Positions 37,359-48,874 of a DNA stretch of 64,000 bases are shown in pieces. The notes under the pieces were generated by a model. That model had not been told where the DNA came from. It saw only the letters and a program-made list of their open reading frames with translations, and did no database searches. Both the position numbers and the translations under genes were made by a program. How positions within the stretch are numbered: position 1 is the stretch's first letter; every line of letters starts with the position of its first letter. Source of the DNA: Selaginella moellendorffii (Eukaryota; Plantae; Lycopodiophyta); NCBI RefSeq assembly GCF_000143415.4, contig NW_003314295.1, positions 395,075-459,074 of the forward strand, written 5' to 3'.

Positions 37359-38468
37359 TGTTGCGAATTTGATTTTGAGTATCGAAAGATATTTGTCGAC
37401 CAGTCCTTACGGGCACTTTTTCCTTACTGCCCGACAGTGGTATTGATGATCCCTTTTATAGTTTCCACTCAAGCTAATTGAGAAACTGGTCATCGTGTGT
37501 GCACTTGATTAGATAAGCATAAGGACAGAATTCCTACATACTATTTGTCAAGCATATTTAATCTGGTTAGAGAAACTCATTCGTTGATTTGCACTTGCTA
37601 GTGTTGGGAACCCCCATGATATTGAGACTAGTCCCTCAATATCACTAGATGATAGCTTACTGTGTTTGCCAAACACCCTCGCTATCATGCCCTTTGTGTT
37701 AGTCTCATTTCGGTCCCAAATGCTAATTATGAAAAATATCTAGATTTGCTCATTTGGCATATTTACGGAATGTAAAGATTGGTCTGAACACAATGGTGTT
37801 TGTCCCGTGTCCAAATTCACAATTTAACGCCATTCCATATTTAGTAAGTTTCAAACTTGTCCCAAAGACTAATTCTTGGTACTAAGGGAGGCTTGGGGTG
37901 AAAGCCCAAAGCGTGTGTCCTTCAAGGGGGGGGGGGGGTTCCAAATGTATAGTAGGGATAATGGGTAGGTCAGACATGCCTGACTAACCTAAGGCATAAT
38001 TTAGCTCCTGCATGCATGTCTGTCTTTGTTCTGCGTCTGGCTTGGGTCTAAGCTCAAGTTTCATTCTATGCTAGCTGATGGAGTACCCATGTCCTCACGT
38101 TAGACCACCGGTATGCCAAAATAGCACCAAACTCCGTTTAACTATGTTTTGCATGCTGGTTTTGGCATTGGGATGCTGGTTGCTCTAGGACTATACCAAG
38201 TCGCTCCGGGCTCCTGTCCCTTTGCTTCTTGGGCTATATGTTCGGGAATTGCTCTGTGGTTCGGTTCCATTGCTCCTAGGCTCCATGCTTGGGAGTTTGG
38301 CACCGTTCCTTCGTTCAGTGGCCCACCATTGAACCTCGGGTTCCGCACCACTGTCCTTTGGACACGTGGCATGTGTCACATGGTATAAAGAGGGTTTAAG
38401 TTCCATTTCGTGGTGTTATCCTATGGTAAATCACTATAGGATAAAGGGTCAAAACCACGTGCGCTACA
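37359..38468. mobile_element. 1110-bp TG...CA insertion, probably a solo LTR of a second retroelement family
   Basis: Termini TGTTGCG...CGCTACA. CCATAT duplicated at 37353-37358 and 38469-38474. Empty site catattaccatatacacat seen at 3671 and 22927. Confidence 0.75.
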
Positions 38469-39464
38469 CCATATACACATCATGCCATGTCATTTTAGAC
38501 TATGATATCACTGTAATTTAGCAAAGGTTTTTTTTCTCATTCTTGTGAGTGCAAATTTAGGATGAGTTAATTGTGATCATTTCTCTCTTCTCATTTTTCT
38601 TAGTTATAATTCATTTTTCATGGTTATGGCTTATTTCTCACAACTATAACTTATTTCTTGTAGTTGTGGCTTATTTCTTAGAATTTAGAGGTGTTATGCA
38701 CCTTAATCTATTTATTGCACCTATTTATTGGTGTAGTGGCAAGTTTGATCAATTGAAGTGTGGTGGTAACTGTAATTAATTGAAGCACAATGATGAGCTC
38801 AATTAATTGGAATATCGAGGCAAAACAATTCTTTAGTTTTTTTTCTCAATTTGTAGTTTTATTTAGCATTCACTCACGTAAAAATTTCTTCATTTCTTCA
38901 TTTGTTACAAAACCATTAACTTACAAAGTATTTTTTATTACCTTTATTAAAAAGAGTGCTTAAAGAGCCTATAATATTTTAAAATTTGGCTTGCACATTT
39001 GAAAAACATCACCTAAAAACCTAACCCTGTTGACATGTAAAAACAAAATCTAATGTGGGATGCAAAAAATTATATATATGGCATTATTTTATGAGTCACA
39101 CATATGTGTTACAATAATTTAAACACACATGTGTTTTATTTTCATATATTGCAAATGTGAAAGATTTTTTACCAGGTTATCTACCCTAGGTACATCAGAA
39201 TTTAATAGCGTAAATACATTAAATGAAAATATATTAAAACTTAAACATGATAATTTAAAAACAATTAACTAAAACTTTAGAAATAATATAGTAAATTGTT
39301 ATTAAATCATTCATTTCATCTTCTCTTCTAATAAAAAAGTATGCTTTAAATTTTTATAAAACATTCTTTAACATGCTCAGATAATAATAATTATTTAACT
39401 TTTATTCAAATTCTTGAAGCGGCAAATAGATCATTTTCAAGTTTTGGATCAAATTTCATCCACT

Positions 39465-40672
39465 CTAGAAGGGAGTGGCATCGTAGAGAGGAAATGCCAG
39501 GTTGAGGATCTTCCTCAGCTCCTCCTTGGACACTTTAGCCTTGAGCGATCCAGTGGAGCTCCCCTCCACGATTGATCCAGGTGAGCCCAGCACACTCCTA
39601 CACATGCGCTGGAGCTTGCTCCCCTGCATCTTGAAGCTCATCCCAAGCTCCTCGGACTCGGTTGCCGACCTCGTCTTTTTGAGCACCAGCGCCACCACTG
39701 GCTCGTGGCGCTGCTGCTGCCGCTCCTCCGCCGCCTCTTCTCCGCCTCCCATCCCTTCTGCCACTCCCTCCTCCTCCTCGCCCGCCACCTCCTGGTTGCA
39801 CGACTGTGAGTTCTCCACCCATTCTCTCCTCAGGAGCCCCCTCGTCCTCTTGGGATTGCGCTCGAAGACGTCGTAGTCGTGGACGTCTCCTCCGGTGGCT
39901 ACTCCGCCGAGTTCTTCGATCTCGATCTCCAGCTCGTCTGGTTCTTTCTTTGGCGGGAGCAACACTATGTTGGCGGCGTTGGCGCGATCACTGGATTTGA
40001 CCAGCTTGCGGCGCTTGAATATCTCGACGCGGAACGTGATCATCTCGGAGGAGGAGTTCTCCTTTTGGAAGACGAGGACGTCTCCCTTGACGAGTTCGTG
40101 ATGGACGCAGAAGGCTTTCCACCCGGCACCAATCACTGGCTGCATCGTCCAGTTCCATCTCATCCTCCATTGGTGACCACTCCGGTCGCGGACGATCACC
40201 TCGGCTCTCCCGTGCGGCATCATCTTCTTGCAGTAGTTCGAAGGAAGAGTCTGCAGAAAAAAAATAAAGAAGAAAAGAAAAACGATTAGCAAGTTCTTTG
40301 TGAAGATATCGAAGGGAAAAAAGACAAGGATAGCGAAACATAAACCTCGAGCTTGTTCTTCGCTTACCATAACGTATGTGCCGCTCACACAGCACTGGTT
40401 CAAGACTTTAATGGTGCTGCGACTCTTCTTTGCAAGATGTTGCTGGTACTCCTGCGCGGCTTGGAGCGCTTCGTGCGAACCTGGCAGCTCCTCGCGATTC
40501 CGCCGCTGCCGCTGCTGATTGGAGGGGATGTAACTCGACAGAGGACTGTCTTCCTCGTAAGAACCTGCGAAGATACGCTCGAACAAATATAAGAAACGAA
40601 GTGATGAGAGAAAAAAAAGCGAGAAGGAAAGCTCTGACCAGATGGATAAGCTTCGCCGCCGCTCGACTCCAT
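39465..40672 (-). CDS. B3-domain (REM/VRN1-like) DNA-binding protein, apparently intact, 338 aa
   Basis: Exons 40672-40639, 40564-40368 and 40250-39465 (34+197+786 = 1017 nt, in frame) with GT-AG introns of 74 and 117 nt. EALQAAQEY helix, B3 domain, acidic linker, C-terminal domain. The start codon is inferred. Confidence 0.85.
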
Positions 40673-41025
40673 AGCTGGGCTCTCGCTCTTCTTCTTGCTT
40701 GCTGAAGGAAAAACCTCGCTGAGAGAGCGTCCGGTCTACTAGTACGTCCCAATGATGAATGATCCTGAGCCGTCGGATTGGCTCCATCCGGCGGCCAGCA
40801 TTCACGTACGAGGAAAGAAAATGCTCGTATCTTTCTAGTAGCCGTCGCTTTCCATTTCGTGATCTTTGCTCCATTCTAGAGGCAACCTTGGAGACTTGCT
40901 TGGATGGCTTTGCACATGGAAATATACAAAAAAAAATCCACAGTATCAATCAAAACTTCAGCTCTAAAGAGGCGAGATTATCACCTTCCAGGTATCGAGT
41001 GTGTTCTTCGTTTCTATAGATGAGA

Positions 41026-42790
41026 TTACGCGGATCCAATAACTCCGAGCCATTCGTCATTCAAAACACCTTCCACAGTGTTATACGATTTGCCTAACAG
41101 TCCCTTTACGAGAGCTTGAAGGGCCTGACTGGTTAGAAGACGAGGATAATGCTTATGCATCAAGAGTCCCACCGGGTAGAGGTCCGACCTCGTCGTGTAC
41201 CCGTACCAAGGAATTCCCCATTGCTCGTCCCAGCATTTTCTATCCCTGCTGTGCACACGCCTTCCAGATCAACTTTCTTCACTCGTAGTCATACAAGACA
41301 TTAGCTGGTCGAATGTCGCGATGCACCAAGCCTGCACAGCCACATGAAACTATAAGCTCCCAAAGATAGACGAGCCTCGCCAGCACCATGTAAGGCCTTT
41401 AAAGCCTTGCGAATGCCAAGCACCATCTGTCGCAGCTCGTCTTCCGAAACAGGCTCTCGCACGGCAAGAAGACGAACAGTCATAACCATGTATGCTCCAG
41501 GAGCGTCGCTCCTGATCGTTCTTCGTTTCTTGGCGGAGGAATCACGGTCAGCAGTCGATGACACCGGATTCAACAGTTGCTCACTTTCACTCCTGGTCCT
41601 GAATTTAGGCCCTTCAACACTGCCAAGAAGGTGTTTCCCACATTTGGGAGGCCTGGAAGACATCTTCGCAGTTGACGCCCCACTCGTTGCAGTAATTGTT
41701 CCAGTCCCATATCACCTTGAGCTCATAGCTCGATCAATCCGTGCATTCAGCTCGCATCTGATAGCAATACAACCGTCAGCCAAACTTCACACTTTCTCAT
41801 TACACTCACATCGGTCTGGCTCCGATGGCAGCAAGCATTCCCTGGAGCTTGATACAAGTTGAGGACTGGAGTCAGCTGAGTCAGAAACGGCTGCTCCTGC
41901 TGAAAAAAAAAGAGAGCAAATTGATGGTCGACAAAACGAAACCGATCTTATGAGCTACCTGAGGATTGATTTGTACAGTGAAAAACTGGAGATGAGGTTC
42001 AAGCACGGCATAGCATACTAGAAACTGCCACTGGTAGAGTTGAGACTTTGTCCGTCAACAAGGATTTCACTACCTCAAACTCAACGTCCTCCCTCTCTTC
42101 CCCGTACATGACAATCTCATGACAATCCAGTTGTCAATGCAGATCAAAGTCAAAATGAGCTTGAGCTTCTTGTTCTCCCCTTAGTTCTTGAAGCATGCGA
42201 TTGGGCTGGTGTTCATTGCAACTAAAACGTGCCAGGTACTGTGATTTCCGGGCTTCTGATCCGGGAGAAGAGATCACATCGCTCCAGGAGGTCCAGATTG
42301 CCTGCTCCACCGCTTCGGTAGTATTCCCCTAGCTCGCTGGGCAATTCAAGGCAGGGAACCTGTGGCCACTTCACAACCGGCAATATGCCAAGAGCTCCGG
42401 CGCCTCACTCACGGTAGCGTTGGCGATGCCAATGTGGAGGAATTCGGTCGCCGATAGAGGAGAACGAATCTTCCCCGTCATCCCCGTCACAAGCGAGAAA
42501 TCTTTTATTGACTGGGCATTGACTGGGCCGTTAGCTCGCCTGCTCTGTGTGATCCTCTTTTTCCTGTGCTCCTTTTTGAGCAGCAACAAGGAGAGCCTGG
42601 CTATGGCGGGGATATGCGTGGAGGGCAATTCCTGTGCACGACTAGGCATGATGGGATTACTATTATAAGTGCCACTACATCAAAGGCAATTGTGGGATTT
42701 GCAGCACAGGAGTTTGCCATCACCTCAAATGCAATTGCCTGCAAACCATGCAGCTGAATCGCGTGGTAAAATCCTGTTACTCCAAAGTCT
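41026..42790 (-). pseudogene. Crinkler-type REase + protein kinase gene, disrupted, copy 2 (most complete)
   Basis: 5' module, then IVMYGEERE...KSLLTDK, HLQFFTVQ, ALKALHGAG-intron-LVHRDIRPANVL, VDLE, YTTRSDLYPVGLLM, EGVLNDEWL. Internal stops and frameshifts. Confidence 0.8.
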
Positions 42791-43401
42791 CAATTGTTAA
42801 AAGTTTATTATATAAGCACACTTACCAGAGAGAAGAATAGTAATTGGCACACAACAGTTACTTCAATAGTTTGGTTGTTTTTCACTTGCAAGGGCATTCG
42901 ATGAGAAACAAAGAAAAGAAGAACATTGAAAAGAGATTCTCCTCAATCACAAAGTTGAGAAGAGGAAGTAGAAATTCGTTTTTTCCTCTCTTAACCTGTC
43001 CTCCACGTCTTCCATAATTCCTAACTGATGTTCCACATTTCATAATCTCTGTCCCATATCTTAGCAATTGAGTATTGATGTTCTTGATCAAGCCCCCCAA
43101 GGTCACTGGAGCACTTCTACACATTTTCTTTGCACCAATAATACGGCATATCTTGGCAACTAACAACGCAGCACCGTTTCCTTCGCTCGTAACATAGCTC
43201 TAGCTAGGGCTTATTAGCTAAAGGAAGACTCACGGCCATACTGAGATGGAACGCCACTAAAGCTCAAACACTAGAACTGGAAAGATCTCTTCATTGCCAG
43301 GTATATGAAGTACAAACAACAAATGTTTTTTGCTCCTAGTTTTAGTAATGCTTGTGATACAAGATTGTTTTCGATCATCCCCCAAGGAGATGATTCGACG
43401 A

Positions 43402-43767
43402 TCAGTGGCGAGCTCTCTTGCTGGGCGGCCCGGCTTGTTGTTGCTGAAGCGCCAGTTGCCTTGTGAAGTAGTTCACCTCCTTAGCCAGTCGCCTCCTGTT
43501 CGCTTCCTCCTCTTGCTGGAGCGCCACGGCCACCATCCGCGTGATCCGGTCGGCACGGGGAGGATCCAACGCCACCTCGTCCTCCATGTAATGGCAGTCC
43601 GGACTGAGCGCCCTCTTGTTGTTGGTCTCGGCCCAGTGATCATAGTCCTCAAAGTCGAAGCTATCGTATTGTTTCACCCGGATGCTCCTATTGTTACCAG
43701 CCTCGATCACCAAGTCGTCAATCATGCGCTTGAGCTCAACATACCGCTCAACGTCCACCGCCACCAT
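43402..43767 (-). CDS. ORF121 copy 7, intact (minus-arm subtype)
   Basis: 121-aa ORF in the supplied track. Confidence 0.6.
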   Translation of the reverse strand: MVAVDVERYVELKRMIDDLVIEAGNNRSIRVKQYDSFDFEDYDHWAETNNKRALSPDCHYMEDEVALDPPRADRITRMVAVALQQEEEANRRRLAKEVNYFTRQLALQQQQAGPPSKRARH

Positions 43768-44404
43768 CTTCGATCTGCTCCGCTCGTGAGAAGTTCTTCT
43801 GGACTCCTTTTTACAATCATTTTTTCGCCAAATTATTCTTTCATCATCTTTAAGATAAAAAAAAAGGTTTTAACCAGCCTACTGAAATATTTTAAATTTG
43901 TTTTATGGAGCTCCGCCGATTTGAAGAGCTAGGAGCGAGGAGCCAGAAATTCGTGGATTCAACCAGAGTTTCGAAGACTTGTTTGGCCCCTGAATTTTCC
44001 CATCTTTCACTGAGCATCAACTGTCTGATTCCAGGATTTAACCTCGTCATCATCAACGCGTCCAATCCCGTCCTCTCAGTCCAGCAAGAGTTTCTTCCAC
44101 CAGCTGGGACGCTTTGCATGTATAGCCCCTGGTAATTAATCCGCTGGAGAAAGCTCCCACGAAAATTCGCCTTGCATGTGCGCGAAGATGCTGCTGCGGG
44201 GTTAAAAGGAGACTGCATAAACATGCACACACTTGTCAATTACAAAATCATGCAAGGAGAGTAGGGGAGAAAAACAAGAACAGTACACACACACCGAAAC
44301 AAGAAACACCAGGGAAAAAAAAAGGTGGCAGCCACACCTCCAATGATGTCCTCTAGATATGTAATTGTACATGGCACCCTCGATCTCGTGCAGGGCGCTT
44401 CATC

Positions 44405-46035
44405 CGCATGGGAGGCAGGACAATGGTCATCAGATCAAGCCTTTTCCACGAATGCCTGCCAGTCTTCGTAACCTTTGGCTGACCGTCTTCAATCACGTAG
44501 TCCCTCAGCAGCTGTAGTTGCGACAGCGTTGTGTGGGCAGACATGAACGAAGACTGGTGTGGTACAGGGTGCGCCATCTATAACCACGGCGTTGGGGCTT
44601 TCAGGCATGGCCTCCTGGCGTACAACAAAAAGCTTTCAACAAAATCTTTGTGCCCATATGAAACATTTCAAGGAAAGATGTGTAATTCAATAGTGAGAAG
44701 GAAAAGAAAAGACAAGTCCTAAGCAAGAGAAAAATTGCTCAAACACAGCAGCCACGGGCATTGCAGCAGAAGGCCCAGCTCTGGAATGTAGGAGTCCACA
44801 ATGTCAAGCCTCCGCCTCACGAGCCTCAAGTTGGGCCTGAAGGTGACGAAGGACATATGGTTGTTCACAACAGTGAATGTCCGATCACTTGTTGAGAGGA
44901 GGCGTAGTCCTCAAAGAGCTCCCCACGCGCAGAAGAAAAGTCAATCTGGGCGAGATTGGCCAGGGAAGCATCCATCTTCCCGGATGCGAAGACCTTGCTT
45001 GTAAACATAGTGCGGATGTACCTGGAAGCAAAAGCTATCGTCGGAGCGAGAATTTTGGACGGCTGTAGAAAACTTTGTCCGCCAACTCCTCACGCCCCGT
45101 CACCAGGAAGCTCGACACTGCTCTTTGCTGTCTATCCGTCACAGTGCCCAAATCCTGGAAAAAATGCGGAGCTATGCCAACACAGACGTAAAGCCGTGCC
45201 AGGAAATGTGCTGCTGAGAAATCTCCGGCCGTAAGTGCTCCTGAAATTCCCCGCCTGGTGCTTCCTCTTGAACGCTTTCAACAGCTCCGAAGGCTTCCAG
45301 GCATCCATATGGAAAGTCACAAACCGGCCTCGTCCATTGTCGCCTCAGCGGCATCAGCACCATTCATCCGGGATGGACTTGTAAAGAGGACCGTCCTTCC
45401 TCGCGTGCCTCTATATCCTTGAAAGCTATCGTCCACAAGGAGCCACGTCCCTGCTAAGCTCAACAGGTCTGTCGGAACTTTATACGAGAACCGGACCTCT
45501 CCGCCCGGCGAGATGATGATGAAGGCCCTGGCGTCCGCAAACAGTTGCACTAAAACGTATGCTCCAGCTAGTTCCGCGTCGCTGAGGAGCTCGCGAACGA
45601 AGTACCAGATGCAGCACGACTTTCCTATCCCCGGATTACCGGAGATGTGCGCGAAGGTGCTGCGGGCGTGTCTCAGCTGACGATAGATCTTCTCGTAAGA
45701 CTTGCGAACGAGGATGTCGGCAGGGTTGGCTGTGAGCTCGGCTATGACGGCAGGGAGCCTCAGAAATCCTTCCGCATCCCGACCCCTGCACAGGTGCGAG
45801 CTGGTGTCCGGCGGGAAAATCTTGTCCTTGGCAAAAGGGACTGCGTAAACACGCACACACTTGTCAAAATTACAAATCATGGAAGAGCAGAGGGAACATA
45901 CACACAACGAAAACAAAAAGACTGTATTGAAATTCCTGAGATACATCTCCACTCCAGGAGCTAGGACAAAGTCAGGGCAGCACTGGCGCTTCAGCCACTT
46001 GCGGATGGCAATCTCATGCGGCACATTAATTAACA
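44405..46035 (-). pseudogene. Crinkler/RHS-type NTPase-REase gene, most complete copy
   Basis: Intact Walker A ISGNPGIGKS, Walker B WLLVDD, TVLFTSP, FHMDAWKPSEL. Then, across frameshifts, IAFASRYI, RGELFEDYA, IVDSYIPELGLLLQC and VFVHVCP, consistent with a CR-REase core. Confidence 0.8.
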
Positions 46036-46047
46036 ACCGTGAGCATG

Positions 46048-46180
46048 AACTTCTCACGAGCAGAGCAGATTGAAGATGATGGCGGTGGACGTTGGGCGGT
46101 ATGTTTCGACGACTTGGCGACGATAGTTTCGACTTTGCGGACTATGATCACTGGGCCGAGACCAACAACCAGAAGGCGCA
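46048..46180 (+). pseudogene. Heavily deleted ORF121 remnant (11th copy)
   Basis: atgatggcggtggacgttgggcggtatgtt...gactatgatcactgggccgagaccaacaac with two large internal deletions. Confidence 0.75.
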
Positions 46181-47181
46181 GGCAATCCCATCCTCTCACT
46201 TGCACTCGATTGAGTATGATCAGCAGCATCACCACCACCAAATCAGACCACTGTTTTGATTCTCTGCTTTCACTTCCTCGACCAATTCTACCCTGGAAAA
46301 CAGTTTGAGCGATGGAAAAAAAAGCGAGGCCTAGAAAACACTTCCGCTTCGTCGTGAAGATGCTGGTTAGTATCTCATCGGAAAGGGAGGAGCGATTCCA
46401 ATCTTGACCTCGAACATCAAACGCTTCTCTTTGTCCTCCAGTGGAGGAACCATTCTTTTGGTCACGTGAGAATCCGTGACGTCGATGCCTTGGCCAGGAA
46501 TGGTACGAGCTCGACATATCTACACAGGACTAAAAGCAAAGCTGTGAGTGACAAAACCATCACCTCGAACATAACACTGGAAAACTAAATTTGAAGGAAG
46601 AAAACCAGCTTACTGTCGATCTTGCTGCAGACCTTGCAAATTCCCTCTTCCTGGTGCCACTTAAGAAACTCTTGGAACAAATCCGAGAGTGGCCTCATTG
46701 CGTTACTAGCCTTCCCAGAGCTATCCAGCTCCAACCCAAGAAATTTTTCTTTCTTGCGGAGTGCTGGACCTCGTCAACTTCTCCCTGATTTCGAGGAATG
46801 CGAGGCAAATTTTCTTAGGAGCTTTCTCCAGCGGATTGATTACGAGGGGCTATGCATGCAAAGCGTCCCAGGAGAGAAAGCTGATGGAAGAAACTCTTGC
46901 TGGACGACTTGGACTGGTGGGGAGAGAACGAGATTGGACACATGATGCTCGACGGACGGCGAGAAGATTAAATCCTGGAAGCAGAGAGTGAAAGCTGGGA
47001 AAAATCAAGGGACAGAAGCCAGTGAAATTCCGCTTCCAATTGCTTCGAAACTCTGGTTGAATCCGAGAATTTCTGGCTCCTCGCTCCTCAAATCAGTGGA
47101 GAGCATAGAACAAATTTTATAATATTGAAATTGTTTTGTATAGGGTTTGTGATTGTAAAAGAACTTCTCGAGCAGAGCGAG

Positions 47182-47484
47182 ATGGTGGCGGTGGACGTTG
47201 AGCGGTATGTTGAGCTCAAGCGCATGATCGACGACTTGGCGATCGAGGCTGGTAACAATAGGAGCATCCGGGTGAAACAATACGATAGCTTCGACTTCGC
47301 GGACTATGATCACTGGGCCGAGACCAACAACAAGAGGGCGCTCAGGCCGGACTGCCATTACATGGAGGACGAGGTGGCGTTGGATCCTCCCCATGCCGAC
47401 CGGATCACGCGGATGGACTTCACAAGGCAACTGGCGCTTCAGCAACAACAAGCTGGGCCACCGAGCAAGAGAGCTCGCCACTGA
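47182..47484 (+). CDS. ORF121 copy 8, 100 aa, with an in-frame 63-nt deletion
   Basis: RITRM-DFTRQL junction; frame and C-terminal PPSKRARH preserved. Confidence 0.5.
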   Translation: MVAVDVERYVELKRMIDDLAIEAGNNRSIRVKQYDSFDFADYDHWAETNNKRALRPDCHYMEDEVALDPPHADRITRMDFTRQLALQQQQAGPPSKRARH

Positions 47485-48676
47485 TCGTCGAATCATCCCC
47501 TGGAGTGATGATCGAAAACAATCTTGTATCACAAGCTCCAACAAACGTGTGAACAAATCAAGCTCCTGCCAAGGAGCACAAACTTTTGTTGTTTGTACTT
47601 CATATACCTGGCAATGAAGAGATCTTTCCAGTTCTATGAGCCGTAGTGGCGTTCCATCTCGTGGAATATGGCCGTGAGTCATTTGGGTCTTCCTTTAGCT
47701 AATAAGCCCTAGCTAGAGCTACATTATGAGCGAAGGAAACGTTGCTGCGTTGTTAGCTGCCAGGGTATGCCGTATTATTGGTGCAAAGAAAATGTGTACA
47801 AGTGCTCCAGTGGTGCCTGATCAAGAACATCAATACTCAAAATCTATACTGATGAGTTCAACCTCTAAGGAAAAAACGTTTGTTTTGTTTTTTTGAAAAA
47901 AACAATGCGCCTACTCCCTCTTCTCAACTTTGTGATTGAGGATAATGGCTTTTCAATGGTTCTTCTTTTCTTCTTTTCCTTGTTTCTCATCGAATGCTTG
48001 TGTTCTTGCTCCCGCTTCACCACTGCCCTTGCAAGTGAAAAACAACCAAACTACTGAAGGAACTGTTGTGTGCATCATGTTTTCTTCGAATCAAAGTACT
48101 ATTCTTACGCTCTCTCTGGTTCTACTTGCGAGAACAAACATGAATTTAGAGACGAGTCGTTTAAAATGAGTTCTTTGGAAGTACTTCTAATAACAGATTA
48201 AGAAAATGGAGACTTTGGAGTAACAGGATTTTACCATGCGATTCAGCTGCAGGGTTTACTCGAGGTGATGGCAAACTCCAGTGCTGCAAATCTCACACTT
48301 GCTGCCTTTGGCACTTCTGGCAGTAGTCCCGGCACACCTGGTCGCTTGGAGGTGCACAGGAAGTGCCCCTCCACACATATCCCCGCCATAGCCAGGCTCT
48401 CCTTGTTGACCACTCCAGGGTGACGACCAAGTCCATGAGGTGAGCTTGGCCATTTTGGAGAATATATATTCCATTTCCCACTAAGGCTGTGGGTGGTAAT
48501 GTTTTTCACAGGGTTAGTAGCCTCACAAACTGTCGTTGATTTCTTCGAACATGGCATGGTTTAGATGCTCTAAGACGAAATGGAGACATTGCTTTTTTTC
48601 GTCCAATAGGAGAAACGAAGAACAAACAACATGGTACGTACCTGAGGACAATGTCTGAGAAAAGAATGATAAAGAA

Positions 48677-48874
48677 CAAGAAGACGAGGTCGGCAGCCAG
48701 TCCGAGGAGCTCGGGGTGACCGTAAAGATGCACGTCAAGCGCATGACTAGGAGCCTGATGGGCTCGCCCGGAGCGATCGTGCAGGGCAGCTTCGATGGAT
48801 CGCTCAAGGCTAAAGCATCTGAAGAAGAGCTGAGGAAGATCCTCCGCCTGGCATTTCACTATGATGCCTTCTAG
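48677..48874 (+). pseudogene. B3 C-terminal paralogue fragment
   Basis: Homologous to 2522-2728, with frameshifts. Confidence 0.7.

Noticed and set aside
39465-40949. 494-aa single-exon B3 ORF
   Set aside because: It reads through T-rich GT-AG introns (F/L-rich stretches). The spliced 338-aa model fits both copies.
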